NCBI RefSeq assembly: GCF_041146345.1
Contig: NW_027191419.1
Span: forward strand, 62,001 to 126,000
Direction of reading: 5' to 3'
Origin: Neodothiora populina
Taxonomy: Eukaryota
Length of the DNA stretch: 64,000 bases
In this document: positions 37,330-48,314 of the stretch, one piece after another
Layout: each line of letters starts with the position of its first letter
Numbering within the stretch: the first letter of the stretch is position 1
The notes under the pieces: model-generated
Database searches by the model: none
What the model was told of the DNA's origin: nothing
What the model saw: only the letters and a program-made list of their open reading frames with translations
Made by a program: the position numbers and the translations under genes

Positions 37330-40300
37330 ACGATTGCAGCAGATGTGTGGTCGTTTGGGTTTCTGGTATTGAGAGGGAGATTACAGGTGCGTGGATGATG
37401 GTGGAGTGTGCTGTGCTGTGCTGTGCTCTTCTGCTGCACTGAGCTAGCTGTTCCCGTGTTGATCGTTCCTGTTGCGTAGATGCGAGACCGACAACCTTAA
37501 CGCTCCAAAATGCTGGGTTCGGTAGGCAAAAGGTAAGGTAAATGTGCAACAGTGCGAGATGGGACGGCAGACGGGACCTGATGACCTGCACGTGATGACG
37601 TGTCCAAAGGTCCCCCTCGTAAGTGATCAGAAAGCAATTCCAAAAAGAACACAGCTGGAAGGGTCGAGTCGCTCTATTACGAGTGGAACAACTAAGGTAT
37701 AACACAGCACCTTATGCAGACTCGGGCGTCAAGTCAAGGTTTGCAAAGTCAATTATTGGGGGGGGGGAGCTTCAGGTTCACTTGGGTAACGAAGAACGGC
37801 GGTGGTTCCTGTAAGACAAGGGCATGACGGGCGATAACACAGACACTTTTCCCACGTTCAGAACTCTGCATTCAGTACAATATACTGAGCAAACCACATC
37901 TAGGACCAATGTATGGTCAAGATAATGTAGGACCCGCAGCAGCATCGCTTGCTTGCTCTTGGTTGCTTGCTTACCTTTGCCTGCTCTGCCTGCTCTATCT
38001 GCTTGTGAACGCCCTCCAGAGACGACTCTCATTAAGGTACGGTAGCTTTCTAGTCTTTGACCCCTCCCGGGGAGGAAGGGTCATGTGCATCAATCGTCCG
38101 AGCACGGCCCTGAGCAGCAGCATCACTTTAGTCAGGCTTCTGAGGGCTTCCGTCCACGGTTTTAAGGTACAGCACTCCGTACTTTTTTGCAATTTCCCGC
38201 CCACCTAGATGTCACCAATGGTCATGTGTGTGTTGTATGGCAATAGGCCTAAACATCTAGTACGGTCAAACAAAGTCTAGACAATCTGGACAGTCAGCAG
38301 AGTGTTCACCCAACAGATTTCCAAGACAGGTAACATCTCTCACACAGTCCACTTGGGCGCATCTCTGGATCTGGACCCGTCTGCACCGGCGGTACAAAGT
38401 ACCAAGCAAGTTCGAACCTCTGACGCCCGGACACTAAAATTGAGCTGTCCACGTGAGGCTCCTCACTGACCTCCTCTGACACTTTAGCGTACTGCCAAAT
38501 CGTCTGACTATGATTCGTCCGCCACTCCAGTTGCTCCGTCATCAGTGGCGCTCGGTTTCTAAGACTACTGTCGGCACGCAACGATTAACTAGTGGTGTAC
38601 TGTAGTTGTGGACTCTGTGGAGGAGCCTGCAGTATTGGTCGATGGTGCAAGTGGAAATAAGAGCGTAGCGAGGAAATGTCCGAGTCCTGCTGCACCTCCA
38701 GCCTTGTCTTCGCTTATTAACACTACTTGTACACACTACTCTAACATCGCAAGTCGAATGGTTCCCTGAACCAACGGCTGCCTGCAGATGAACCTCGTCT
38801 GCTCCTACGCATTGATGCATTTGCGTTGAGGCAAGCGTTGTCTATCAACCTCTCAATGATCAAGCGACACTCCAACGACCACCCGTCAGGTTCGGTCGAG
38901 CTAAGCTCGAATAAGATATTCCTATGTCGTTCAAGGCCGAGCGTTTTGCTTCTCTATCCACATACTTTGCGCTACACCTATCCCGATCCCCTGTTAAGAC
39001 GGTTCGGAGCGCTCCAGACATTATGTCGTCTTTCTGCTGCAATCACACAACAATAGCCTTGTCACTTGCGCAACAAGATGACATTCGTCGCGGTTGTTCG
39101 GTTTCTGAGTTTGCGCTGAGGTCTCGATCTACCACCGAACGCATGTTTGAGATCTGCGATTTTAGCCAAGTCCCACTTTTTCCCTCATGAGCTCCGACAC
39201 TATGTACTTGTACTTACCATATTGTACAGCACCAAGCACGAGGTCTCCGGGAGGGTTGGCACCCGCGGATATTATTAGGACGGATCGTCGCAATGGGCGA
39301 ATCCCAACTCGACATTCGACATCATACCGTCAGGACAAGTGATGATTTATTGCTTCAGAATTTGATGGCCAAGACTTCAATTGCTATCAGCGTTAGGAAC
39401 CGCACGCCTTCCTACCAAAGATCTTGAACCTCGTATCAATGGTTGAATGCTTAAGGTGGCTTACGCTCACTTTATGTCTTACTATAGCTTTTGGTCAAAA
39501 GTAAATGCCATGCTGTCTTGGCTCATATTTGGTCACCGCTTTTCGGAACAAGTATTCAATCTATGGATGTTGCTCCACAACAACCAGATCAACATGAACG
39601 TCAACAGTGCTTGCATGAACACGCTCGACATTCGGAAACTCACCGCAGCTTCTCCAATGGATTAGGAAATCAGCTGGCGTGCAGATGTGATCTTTCAATT
39701 GATGACAATACGGTAAAGCCACCTTCATCCGATACAACTTGTACCCTATGTATGCTCTCCTCGATCATCAAGTTTCTACGCAAGCGCAAGCCTCGCCCGC
39801 TCGTTTGGTCCAGCTGCAGGAACCGTGAGTCGACGATCGACGAATGGCGAAAGACAGGGGTGAGGGGATTCATGTATGAACACGTTTAGACAGACGTCAG
39901 CAGCGGAAATCCCGTCATAATTTGTAGGGAACCACTATCATTCACATGGCCTTGTGGTGAAGATACCAGGATACATGATGGCCTCATCCCCATGCATGTT
40001 TGCATATGACCTTGCCAGCCGTAGCCATGACTCCTACCCCTCCTTGCGCCCCCCCTCTCGTCGCTTACCAAAATCGTCGCGTTCCCTTTTGCCGCGTCCC
40101 GTGACTGGCTAGAGCAAGAGGCTGCGCGTGCTATAGCCAACCGTTGCTGCAGGGCGAAGAGTATGTTATACACGGCCATGCCGTGCCCATGCGCATCCCA
40201 CGATCCTGTCTGAACGCCATGATTTCCTGCCTTGGGCAATAATAGAGAAAATCTCCTTGCCCTCCTGCACAGCCAAAAAGCCAAGCTTTACTACAGTATC

Positions 40301-40982
40301 GCCTTCGGGTACAGCAATCATGACCAAAAGGACTGCGAGGCTAAAAGAAAGGCGCGCGCGCGCGGATGTCATGGATCTCACCTGTCGGGACCTTATTATG
40401 CTTTGGCTGCTCCCGAGACAAGCTCTCGTATATCGCGATTATCGACTAGCACTGCAGATGGAACCATCACATCGTGTTTTCAGTACTGATTCCACGACTC
40501 GTGAAGCTCTGACGACTCTCGCGCCACAATTGCAAAAGCTAAACACTACGGAGTCGTACTCCGTCTGCCACTAGTTCCACAGCAGGAAGAATTGAACATA
40601 AGACTGGCGAATGGGGATTAAAGGTAATTAGCATAATTGGGGCCTGATCGTTTATTTCTGAGTAGCCGCCTTCTTGGACAATGTCATGTCAGATGGAATT
40701 GGCCTCAGGCGACCGTCGGCTCTTGATCCGCACATAACTTACGCTTCACCCACCACCCCACTTTGCACCAGCCCGCTTGCGAAAGGTACAGGCGAGAGAA
40801 ATTAGAAAAGAGGTGCCCCACCTAGGTGCAGGCTGACTGGAAAAACTTGACCAATGAATTGACTAAGGTTACCCACCACCGACTAACCGATTGACCAGAT
40901 GATCAGGTCCGTTGGAGCCATTATTTCTGTACTTTGGGTACCTTCTAAATTTGCGTCTGCTTATGGGTACTGTATGTCATCG

Positions 40983-41011
40983 AGTAGTAGTAGTAGTAGT
41001 AGTAGTAGTAG
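40983..41011. repeat. (AGT)9 microsatellite
   Basis: Read directly. Confidence 0.95.
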
Positions 41012-41149
41012 CTCGCGGGGCCTCTTCAGCCCGTGCTGTATCGTTTCTGTTTTGCAAGCTTTCGCGCATCGGAAATACTGTAGTTCGAACTTATCAGCCC
41101 TTTTTTTTTTTAGAGCACATGCCTTCGATGTTGCTTCTGGCAGTGTGAG

Positions 41150-42130
41150 AAGATGGATCCTCGTAAAACCCGTTCCTCTCGGTGAATTTCAGATTAAGAA
41201 ACCCCTCCAAAAGAGCCTTTTGCCGCGATCCCGAGATCCGAAGAGTTAAATGATTAATTGTGGACTTTATTGCATCTCCCAAATCATGCACAATTAGATC
41301 ACCCAGATGAATTATTTGTGGGTTTCTTTTCTAGGCGTTTGATTAGGTCGAACCGGTGGGTCGGTGTTGGCACTGTGCAACTAGCCGAATATGTATGTGC
41401 TGTTCGGTTTCTTACTCCGTCTGTATGATCGAAAGGAAAAGGCGAGTAGACAAAAATAATGTCAGTACTGTGAAGAGGAACGATTCCCATCGTCTCATCG
41501 ATCGATTGTCTATTTCTGTTCACAATCATCTAGTTGTGGAAGTCTCCATGGTCAAAATAATAGCCTGGCCACAATGATAGAGAGGAAGCATCTCAACTGC
41601 GAGATACAGTAAGTCAACCCAACCCATCGCGCACTCCGCGACACGATTCTTGAAGAGCAGAACCATCAACAGTCGCAACCACCTCAAAAGCAAACCTATC
41701 TTGCTGTGGTACCATGGGTAAAACAAAAATCCATGACAACGACTCGCAAATCGAGCCCTCACCTCATCCGATGAAAAGAGAGGGGGAAAAAAAGGCCCTA
41801 CGGACAGAGAACCACAACCCACTGCCCATCCCTCCGAAGATGCACCATCCACTTGCGGAAGAACAAAGGGAGAAAAACCCTCCCTTCCCCTCCCATCCCA
41901 TCCCATCCTATCGCGCATGTGTCGTCGGTCCTTTTGCTGTGAGATTTTGTCGTATCGCTGCTTTGCTAAATCCCACATGAATTGGTTTCCTGTCTCGCTC
42001 CGAGATGCTTGTGGAGATCTAGATTGGAGACCCACCTTTACTTGTGGATCTGAAGGTTCTTCGTCTTCTGTTTCGATGAGGAGGGGGTTGGTTGGCGTCG
42101 TTGCTTGCTGTGGTAGGAGACTGGTGTGAT
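41150..42130 (+). ncRNA. Candidate structured non-coding RNA locus, family unassigned
   Basis: Many local hairpins plus nested long-range stems whose G-U pairs favour the + strand (see findings). No diagnostic motif of a known family recognised. Confidence 0.25.
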
Positions 42131-42457
42131 GAAATGGTCCATTGGGGGTGAGCATATTATATGATGAAGTCGATTGATAGGGTCTTTGGGATACAGTCTT
42201 TGAGCGAAGTTATGACGGTAATCACTGCGACGATGGGACCTTTCACCTATCGTGTAATATGGTAATGAAGATATTGTCATGGTATAGAAGCCGAACTTCA
42301 AGCACACACATAGGACAATCTTGGAGCATTCGTTAGAGCAAGATCCTACATTTCAGTCATGTCCACATGGAGGAGGTGCTTGTTTAGACTAGAGGAAACC
42401 ATCTCTATATCGAAATACAGACAAACATTACGCTACTTAGAAACAGACATCTTTCCA

Positions 42458-45400
42458 TCAGAGCGCCATGCCTTCAGGCCACTCAGGTATTTCAATCTCG
42501 CGACCAAGGATCCCTGGCCGGTCACGAGTGCCTCCAGGTGTGGAAGGTGAGGACTGAGTTTCCTTGGGCATGGACGATTCTACACCGCTCTCATCATTTA
42601 CATTGAGACCGTCACTGTCGTAGTCGAATCCCCTGCTCTCCTGTTCGGTCAGACCTGAATCGAGGCTTTGACTGCCAGCTAATGCGCCATCATTATACGC
42701 AGCGAGTCGCGACAGATCGTGGTCAGTCGGTCCATCAGGGCCATCCTCAACGCGAGCAGAGTCAAGCTCTTCGGGCGTAGCAGCTTGCACACGCAACGAC
42801 AGTTCTTCGATACTGTCGTCGAGCCTATCGATGGGGCTGCTCGCGGTCGCAGCTCCGTCACGAGTCGCAGGTCTGTCCTCGGTACCTTCCGACAGATCTG
42901 CACCAGTGCTGCGACGAAACTCACTGTTACTTCTTCCGATTGGGGTGTCGCGGCTGCCCCTTCTCCAGAAGACCCCCCTCTGTCTACGACCATCCCACTT
43001 GTCTTTACTCGTCATGTCGTCTGAAGTTGGACTAGCGAAGTCGATGTCATCGGCGCGAGGGCTCGAAGGGCTGACCAGATCTGGACTCTGAGGGGGACTT
43101 CCGCCATAGTAAGAAGAGGGAAAGCGCTGGCCGCGCCACTTGCTCCTACCCAGCTGCTGCAGTAGAGGAACCTCGAGAGTTGCACCCATACCGCTTCGAG
43201 CGAAGATGACCAGACCTAGACACAACAAGATGAGCGTGCTTTGCACTACGCCCACTCGTTTCTGCCACACTAGCTCTTCGGCCATAAGTCTGAGTCGTTC
43301 AGAGACCATGAGTACTTCGCGCTCGCTCTGTCGACGCTGGATCTCCATCTCGATGACTACTCCCTCCCAGAGCCGCTCATAATCGCCCTTAAAGCGCGCT
43401 AATTCTGTCGTCACGCTGGCGTTGAGGCTAGCCAAAAAGGTTTCTGTCTTCTTAAGTTGGCGCTTCTCGACAGCTTGGAAAGCAGTACGTAAGAGTAATG
43501 ATTGTGACTCAATGTATTGGAGTGAGAGTGTCGCATTGGACTCCAAGGCTTGGAGACGTTTGTGAACAGACTTGAAGAACGATTCCTGGGTGGTCGGATT
43601 GGCGGGTGCGGATGAAGACGTTGAGGATGCCCTGGGCTGGTTCTGCTGTTCTTGATGCTGTGATGCATGTTGTGATGAAGATGGTGGCGAGGGGGCGCTT
43701 TGCTTCGGTGTCTCAATAGAGTGTGATGTATTCGCTGTAGAAGCAGAACCGTGTTTCGATGATTGTCCAGCATCAGGTCTGATCGAAATGGAATCGGTAG
43801 CAGTGTTTTTCGTTGTGCTGGATACTGGATTCGATGTGGAAGGAAAAGACTGGTTCCACGCTGGTTTATCCTCGGGTACAGTCTCCGTCGACTTGTCATG
43901 CTCAGCTTTTTGTGAGCCAGGCATTATCACAGAAGTCGTACCTCCAGCAGTTTGGCCCTGATGGAGCGGGGAGCTTGTCAAGATTGTATTCAGATATGTA
44001 CTTGAAACAACGGCAGCAGACGTCTTAACACTGGATGCGTGATGTTGTAGTGGTGGCTCGGAAGAGGTCTCTTGTACAGTCGGTGGCAAGATAGATATAG
44101 GAGAGCTAGAGATTGGAGATTCAGACGGATCATCAGAACTCGAGGATGACACGACTTCATCACTTGAGGTTGATCCTCCACTTGACGCGCTATAGGTTGG
44201 AGGAGCAGGGGGGACATCAGCGGGTGGGGCGGCTGAAGAAGAATCATCGCCGTCTACCATTCTGGAGTCTGCTTCGGCTGATGGATATGGCATGTTGGAT
44301 GACTGAATAGTCTTCTCTGAGACAACAGAAGCACTGACGGACTCTATTGCAGTGTCAATACTGTCCCGAACTTTGTCGTCCACAAGTGGAAGAGGATCAT
44401 CATCTCCGTCGTCTAGATGTTCACCACGATTGATATACTCCTGGTTTCTGAACTCCTCCATCATGGTAGTACCATGGACGCGAAGAAGACTCACTGGACA
44501 GTAGTACTCGCTGCCAAAATGGGTCAGGAACTCGATCCGTAGATATCTAGCCCAGATGAGCGAATGTTCGACCAGGAAAGCTTGGACGGATCTGGAGTTG
44601 GTGGCTTCGAACACGCCGAGCTCCTTCCATTTGTCAGGCTTGACTGGGTACTTGTCGCTGACACTGACGCGGAAGGTGCGAAAGATGGACGAGAAGAACT
44701 CGTAATTCGCCAAGACGATGGTATCGATGAGGATGTCATCGCAAAGCTCAATTATGATGAAATTGTTGGAGGCAGAACAAGGATTAAGCATATAGCTGTC
44801 CTTGTTCTCAATCAGAATCGCGCTGGTCGACTTGGCTTCCGGGTTCGCTTTCAAGATGGTGGCAGCGCAGTCAAAAGAAGCATAATTGCTCCTTTCCTTG
44901 CACGTCTTGCCTGCGTCCTTGCTACGAAGCGTAGGACTGTTGGAAGATGCGCCATCTGCCGTATTGAGTGCTGGTCTGTCGCTTGCTCCGCCCTTGGCAG
45001 TCTCTTCTGATTGTGAACCACTGCCGAATCCACGAAAGTCCAACTCGATCTCGCCTTCGTCTCCCAGCGCATCCAAGGCGATGTCAGGTCTAGTACGTGT
45101 CTGACCTCCACCTGCGGACCGCTGACCACCATCTGGCGATTGTCCCGCCTTCTCCAAGTTCTGCTTCTTCCATTCCTCGAAGGAGAGGAAGTTGACATTG
45201 TCCAGTGGAGAGTCGGTTTCCAGCTCTGTTGCAGGATCTGTTGGCTCAGCCTGTACGCTGGCGGAAGTAAGAGTCTCAGAAGTCGAAGTTGTAGTGTCTT
45301 TATCATCAGTCACTACTGGTTGGGATGATTGCGGCTTTGTGTCGCCAGCACTGCTCGATGCTGCATTCGATTCGCTCAATGATGTGTGAGAAGGTTGTGT

Positions 45401-45835
45401 AACTGTGCTATTACTTCCATGGTCATTACTGTAGTGTGTTGCATGATTCGTAGAAGAGACTGTGGTATCCTCTTGTCCTTCCACAGAAAATGAAGGGCTC
45501 TCGGAGTTGTCCATGGAAGGCGCAGTCCATACCGATGTGGGACATAGCTGCGGCAGAGAATGGGTGATATAATTGACAGTTCCCGACCGACACGTCGCCG
45601 GCGATCGTGTCAGACTCGAGGGTGAGGTGAAGGTCGTTGTAGTCGTCGCGGTCGTCGTTGATTGGGTCGTTGTCATACTCGAATCGCTGTCAGAGTATGT
45701 CCTCCCAGCAGCACTGTCGCTGATATCATGATTGTTCCCAAGTGGGATGCCATTATCGACTTGCGCCAGGCAGAAACTACTTTGCGCAAGCCAAAGCAAG
45801 GCAATCGCTAAGCCATTTCGCACTACTTTTCTCAT
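42458..45835 (-). CDS. SLP1: Mid-SUN domain ER membrane protein Slp1/SUCO-like, single exon
   Basis: Signal peptide MRKVVRNGLAIALLWLAQSSFCLA, FLSFEEWKK, SUN domain ERSNYASFDCAATIL...ENKDSYMLNPC...IELCDDILIDTIVLANYEFFSS...YCPVSLLRVHG, QESFFKSVHKRLQALESNATLSLQYIE, C-terminal TM. First ATG is at 45835; the track start is TTG. Confidence 0.93.
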   Translation of the reverse strand: MRKVVRNGLAIALLWLAQSSFCLAQVDNGIPLGNNHDISDSAAGRTYSDSDSSMTTTQSTTTATTTTTFTSPSSLTRSPATCRSGTVNYITHSLPQLCPTSVWTAPSMDNSESPSFSVEGQEDTTVSSTNHATHYSNDHGSNSTVTQPSHTSLSESNAASSSAGDTKPQSSQPVVTDDKDTTTSTSETLTSASVQAEPTDPATELETDSPLDNVNFLSFEEWKKQNLEKAGQSPDGGQRSAGGGQTRTRPDIALDALGDEGEIELDFRGFGSGSQSEETAKGGASDRPALNTADGASSNSPTLRSKDAGKTCKERSNYASFDCAATILKANPEAKSTSAILIENKDSYMLNPCSASNNFIIIELCDDILIDTIVLANYEFFSSIFRTFRVSVSDKYPVKPDKWKELGVFEATNSRSVQAFLVEHSLIWARYLRIEFLTHFGSEYYCPVSLLRVHGTTMMEEFRNQEYINRGEHLDDGDDDPLPLVDDKVRDSIDTAIESVSASVVSEKTIQSSNMPYPSAEADSRMVDGDDSSSAAPPADVPPAPPTYSASSGGSTSSDEVVSSSSSDDPSESPISSSPISILPPTVQETSSEPPLQHHASSVKTSAAVVSSTYLNTILTSSPLHQGQTAGGTTSVIMPGSQKAEHDKSTETVPEDKPAWNQSFPSTSNPVSSTTKNTATDSISIRPDAGQSSKHGSASTANTSHSIETPKQSAPSPPSSSQHASQHQEQQNQPRASSTSSSAPANPTTQESFFKSVHKRLQALESNATLSLQYIESQSLLLRTAFQAVEKRQLKKTETFLASLNASVTTELARFKGDYERLWEGVVIEMEIQRRQSEREVLMVSERLRLMAEELVWQKRVGVVQSTLILLCLGLVIFARSGMGATLEVPLLQQLGRSKWRGQRFPSSYYGGSPPQSPDLVSPSSPRADDIDFASPTSDDMTSKDKWDGRRQRGVFWRRGSRDTPIGRSNSEFRRSTGADLSEGTEDRPATRDGAATASSPIDRLDDSIEELSLRVQAATPEELDSARVEDGPDGPTDHDLSRLAAYNDGALAGSQSLDSGLTEQESRGFDYDSDGLNVNDESGVESSMPKETQSSPSTPGGTRDRPGILGREIEIPEWPEGMAL

Positions 45836-46706
45836 CGCTTGCCAGCATGGTTCATCCTCACGCAAAGGAATCTTTATGTGAATGATAGGGAGGGTAGTTG
45901 ACCGCTTAATCCCTTACCGTCGTTGATGTTGGACACGTCACAGTCTGGGGGACCTGAGGATAGAGGCCAAGCAGACCGCCCTTGTACTGTATGTAGCCTT
46001 CAAAACTCTACTTTATAAATGCTAGAATACACTGATAGTATATATCTGCAGTCTCATATTAATATAACGCGAGCTTTATACAATTATGTTTCAGATGGAA
46101 GGTTTCTTTGTCGAATAAGGGTAGATTGTTGGTGGTTCACCATTAGTGATTAGCAACAAGACCGAAACAATTGCACTTCTCAAAGTACTGGTCACATGGA
46201 CATCAAATTCAAGTCATAATCTATCACTGAAAGATAGCATCACTAATAGACCATGAAAGGCTGCATTTGATTGTTTGCCTGAACGGCTGTTGTCTTTGTC
46301 AAAGCTCGCGCTCTGTTTGGTACCATTTCGATCTTGGTGCGTGGTGGTGTCGTGGCTCTGTCTGCAGGCCTGCCGCAGATGGGAAATAATAACAGTCAAA
46401 GTGCCCTTCTGACCTAGTCATGGACATGCAATAGTTCTGTAGCTACGCGCTGTGGGAAGTCTTGCCCCATCGTCCATTTACTCCCTGCCAGCCATGCAAA
46501 CCAGAAAACCAAAGGAAAGATAAAGCAGAAAATTAACATACGGGGGTATGTGGACGCCGAGAGGGAGAACGTAACGCTCACTATCATTCGTCAAAAGGGC
46601 TCAGGCTCAACACATAATCAACTCATCAACGAGGCATAAGACAAAGAGACTCGTAAGCATGCAGGGGCCGTGGATTCGTTTCAGCTCTCGCCCTGAAGGC
46701 TCGGGG

Positions 46707-48314
46707 TTAGAGTCCTTCCTGTCCAGCCCGGCATACTCTGATTCCCTTGCCCCACTCCGAGTTGATGACTTGATGTGCGCTGATTCGTCGACTCGCGTGC
46801 GGATCGAGGATCGAGTAGATAACGTTGCGACACCGTGCCTGGAGTAAAATGTCAGCATTTATAAAGAAAGAGAAGGTTGTCAAGGAAAGAAAACGTACCC
46901 TATGCAATGACTCAATCGGTCCGTATCCAGCATCACTCTTGCGGCCCTGCACGTAGTTGTCGTAAAATTCATCCTCGTCCTTCTTGGCCACACGCCACAA
47001 GTGCCGCCCCGTCCTCATGGCCATGTAAATGACACCACAAGCCCAGACGTCGACAGCACGAGGATCAAACTCCCGTTCGATATATTCCTCGGGGGCAATG
47101 TACGGCGCACTACCGCAGAGACCCGCGGTCATGTGTGGTTCCGTCTCCCAAGCCATGCGGAAGCATTCGCCGTTGCCAAAGTCGGTGATCTTGAGTGCGC
47201 CGTGCGTTGTCAGCAGTAAGTTCTCTGGTTTCAGGTCGCGATGGGCAACTCCCATCTCGTGGATGTACTCGACACCACGCATGAGCTGCAGGAAGTAACA
47301 GTCTGCTTCTACAACTTCAAGTTTGCCGGCGGCCAACACCAACGAGTACAGATCACCACCAGCGCAAAACTCCATGACCTCACAGTAATCACCCTTGGCG
47401 TCTGTGAGCAGATCCAGCGTGTGTATAACGTTTGGATGGCGAAGCGACGAAGAAATGCAGAACTCCGAGTTCAAGCGCTTGCTGTACTTTTTCGAGTCCT
47501 CCTGTGGTCTCCGTCGGAACTCCTTGACCGCATAGAGCTGTTCGTGTTTGCCGTCCTTTGGATCTGTCTTGTGTGCTATCCTCACAATTCCGAAGGCTCC
47601 GCGACCGACGATTTCCTGACATTTGCCATATTTCTGCACCAATGTGGCGGTGCCATTGGGTCCGTTCTTTTGGTCGTAAGCGACTCTATTCTTCTCGTTT
47701 TTGATCTGATCTACCCAGTTGGCCATCAGAGACAAAGGCTGGTCCTCGTGGTGTTCCTTCTTCTTGCCTCCCAGGAAGTCACGGACCATATCCGTCAACT
47801 TTTCTTGACGCTTTGCACTCTTCAGTTGATGGTGGTGCTCGCCGAACTCGTCGACCCAAAACCTGCTGGGCTTGCCGACCTCTTGCGCTAGGCTCTTTTC
47901 CTTCCTGGCATCGCTACTGCTTCGTGAAACAGATGTCTCGGTCTTGATCTGTGAAGACTGCCTTGTCACAAGGTTAGGTCGTACGGCTTTGGCCAGCTTG
48001 TCCTCGGCTTCGGGGTCTTCTAAAGGTGCTTCAGGAACTTTGTCGGACATTTTCTCTCTCACATTAGGCTCCCGTTCTCGTGAGGACTCATTAGCATCCT
48101 TTACTGAGAACATGCGGCTCAATCTAGAGGTGAAAGTAGGCTTCTTCGCCGGTCCTGTTGGGCGCGACTCCCGTACTTCTCCGCTTGAAGGACTACCCGA
48201 ACGAAGGGGCGACGGGGTGGGTGCCGCCTTGCCGTCCTGAGAATTGATAGATGAAGAAGTGGAAGCAGGTCCGATGGGTGGCGAAGGCGCCTGGCGCTCC
48301 GTTGCTACTGCCAT
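46707..48314 (-). CDS. SAT4: HAL/NPR-family Ser/Thr kinase Sat4/Hal4 (HalA); exons 48314-46899, 46838-46707
   Basis: LVQKYGKCQEIVGRGAFGIVR, YAVKEFRRRP, EFCISSSLRHPNVIHTLDL, HRDLKPENLL, DFGNGECFRMAWE, CGSAPYIAPEEY. 60-nt intron 46839-46898 (GTACGT..GCTGAC..CAG). Confidence 0.93.
   Translation of the reverse strand: MAVATERQAPSPPIGPASTSSSINSQDGKAAPTPSPLRSGSPSSGEVRESRPTGPAKKPTFTSRLSRMFSVKDANESSREREPNVREKMSDKVPEAPLEDPEAEDKLAKAVRPNLVTRQSSQIKTETSVSRSSSDARKEKSLAQEVGKPSRFWVDEFGEHHHQLKSAKRQEKLTDMVRDFLGGKKKEHHEDQPLSLMANWVDQIKNEKNRVAYDQKNGPNGTATLVQKYGKCQEIVGRGAFGIVRIAHKTDPKDGKHEQLYAVKEFRRRPQEDSKKYSKRLNSEFCISSSLRHPNVIHTLDLLTDAKGDYCEVMEFCAGGDLYSLVLAAGKLEVVEADCYFLQLMRGVEYIHEMGVAHRDLKPENLLLTTHGALKITDFGNGECFRMAWETEPHMTAGLCGSAPYIAPEEYIEREFDPRAVDVWACGVIYMAMRTGRHLWRVAKKDEDEFYDNYVQGRKSDAGYGPIESLHRVRFLSLTTFSFFINADILLQARCRNVIYSILDPHASRRISAHQVINSEWGKGIRVCRAGQEGL

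Noticed and set aside
37082..37705. 207-aa minus-strand ORF with poly-Pro
   Set aside because: Non-ATG start; a product of the C-rich GSK3 leader and (ACC)n repeat, and it stops before the GSK3 ATG.
41010..41111. tRNA-like B-box GTTCGAAC followed by a T run
   Set aside because: No cloverleaf, D-arm/A-box or acceptor stem could be built.
40600..42350. Telomerase RNA identity for the structured locus
   Set aside because: No CCCTAA-containing template seen on either strand in this interval.
42340..42410. AAACCAT resembling the snR30/U17 m2 motif
   Set aside because: The m1 motif ATATTCCTR and a properly spaced ACA box are missing, and it lies in the SLP1 3' UTR.
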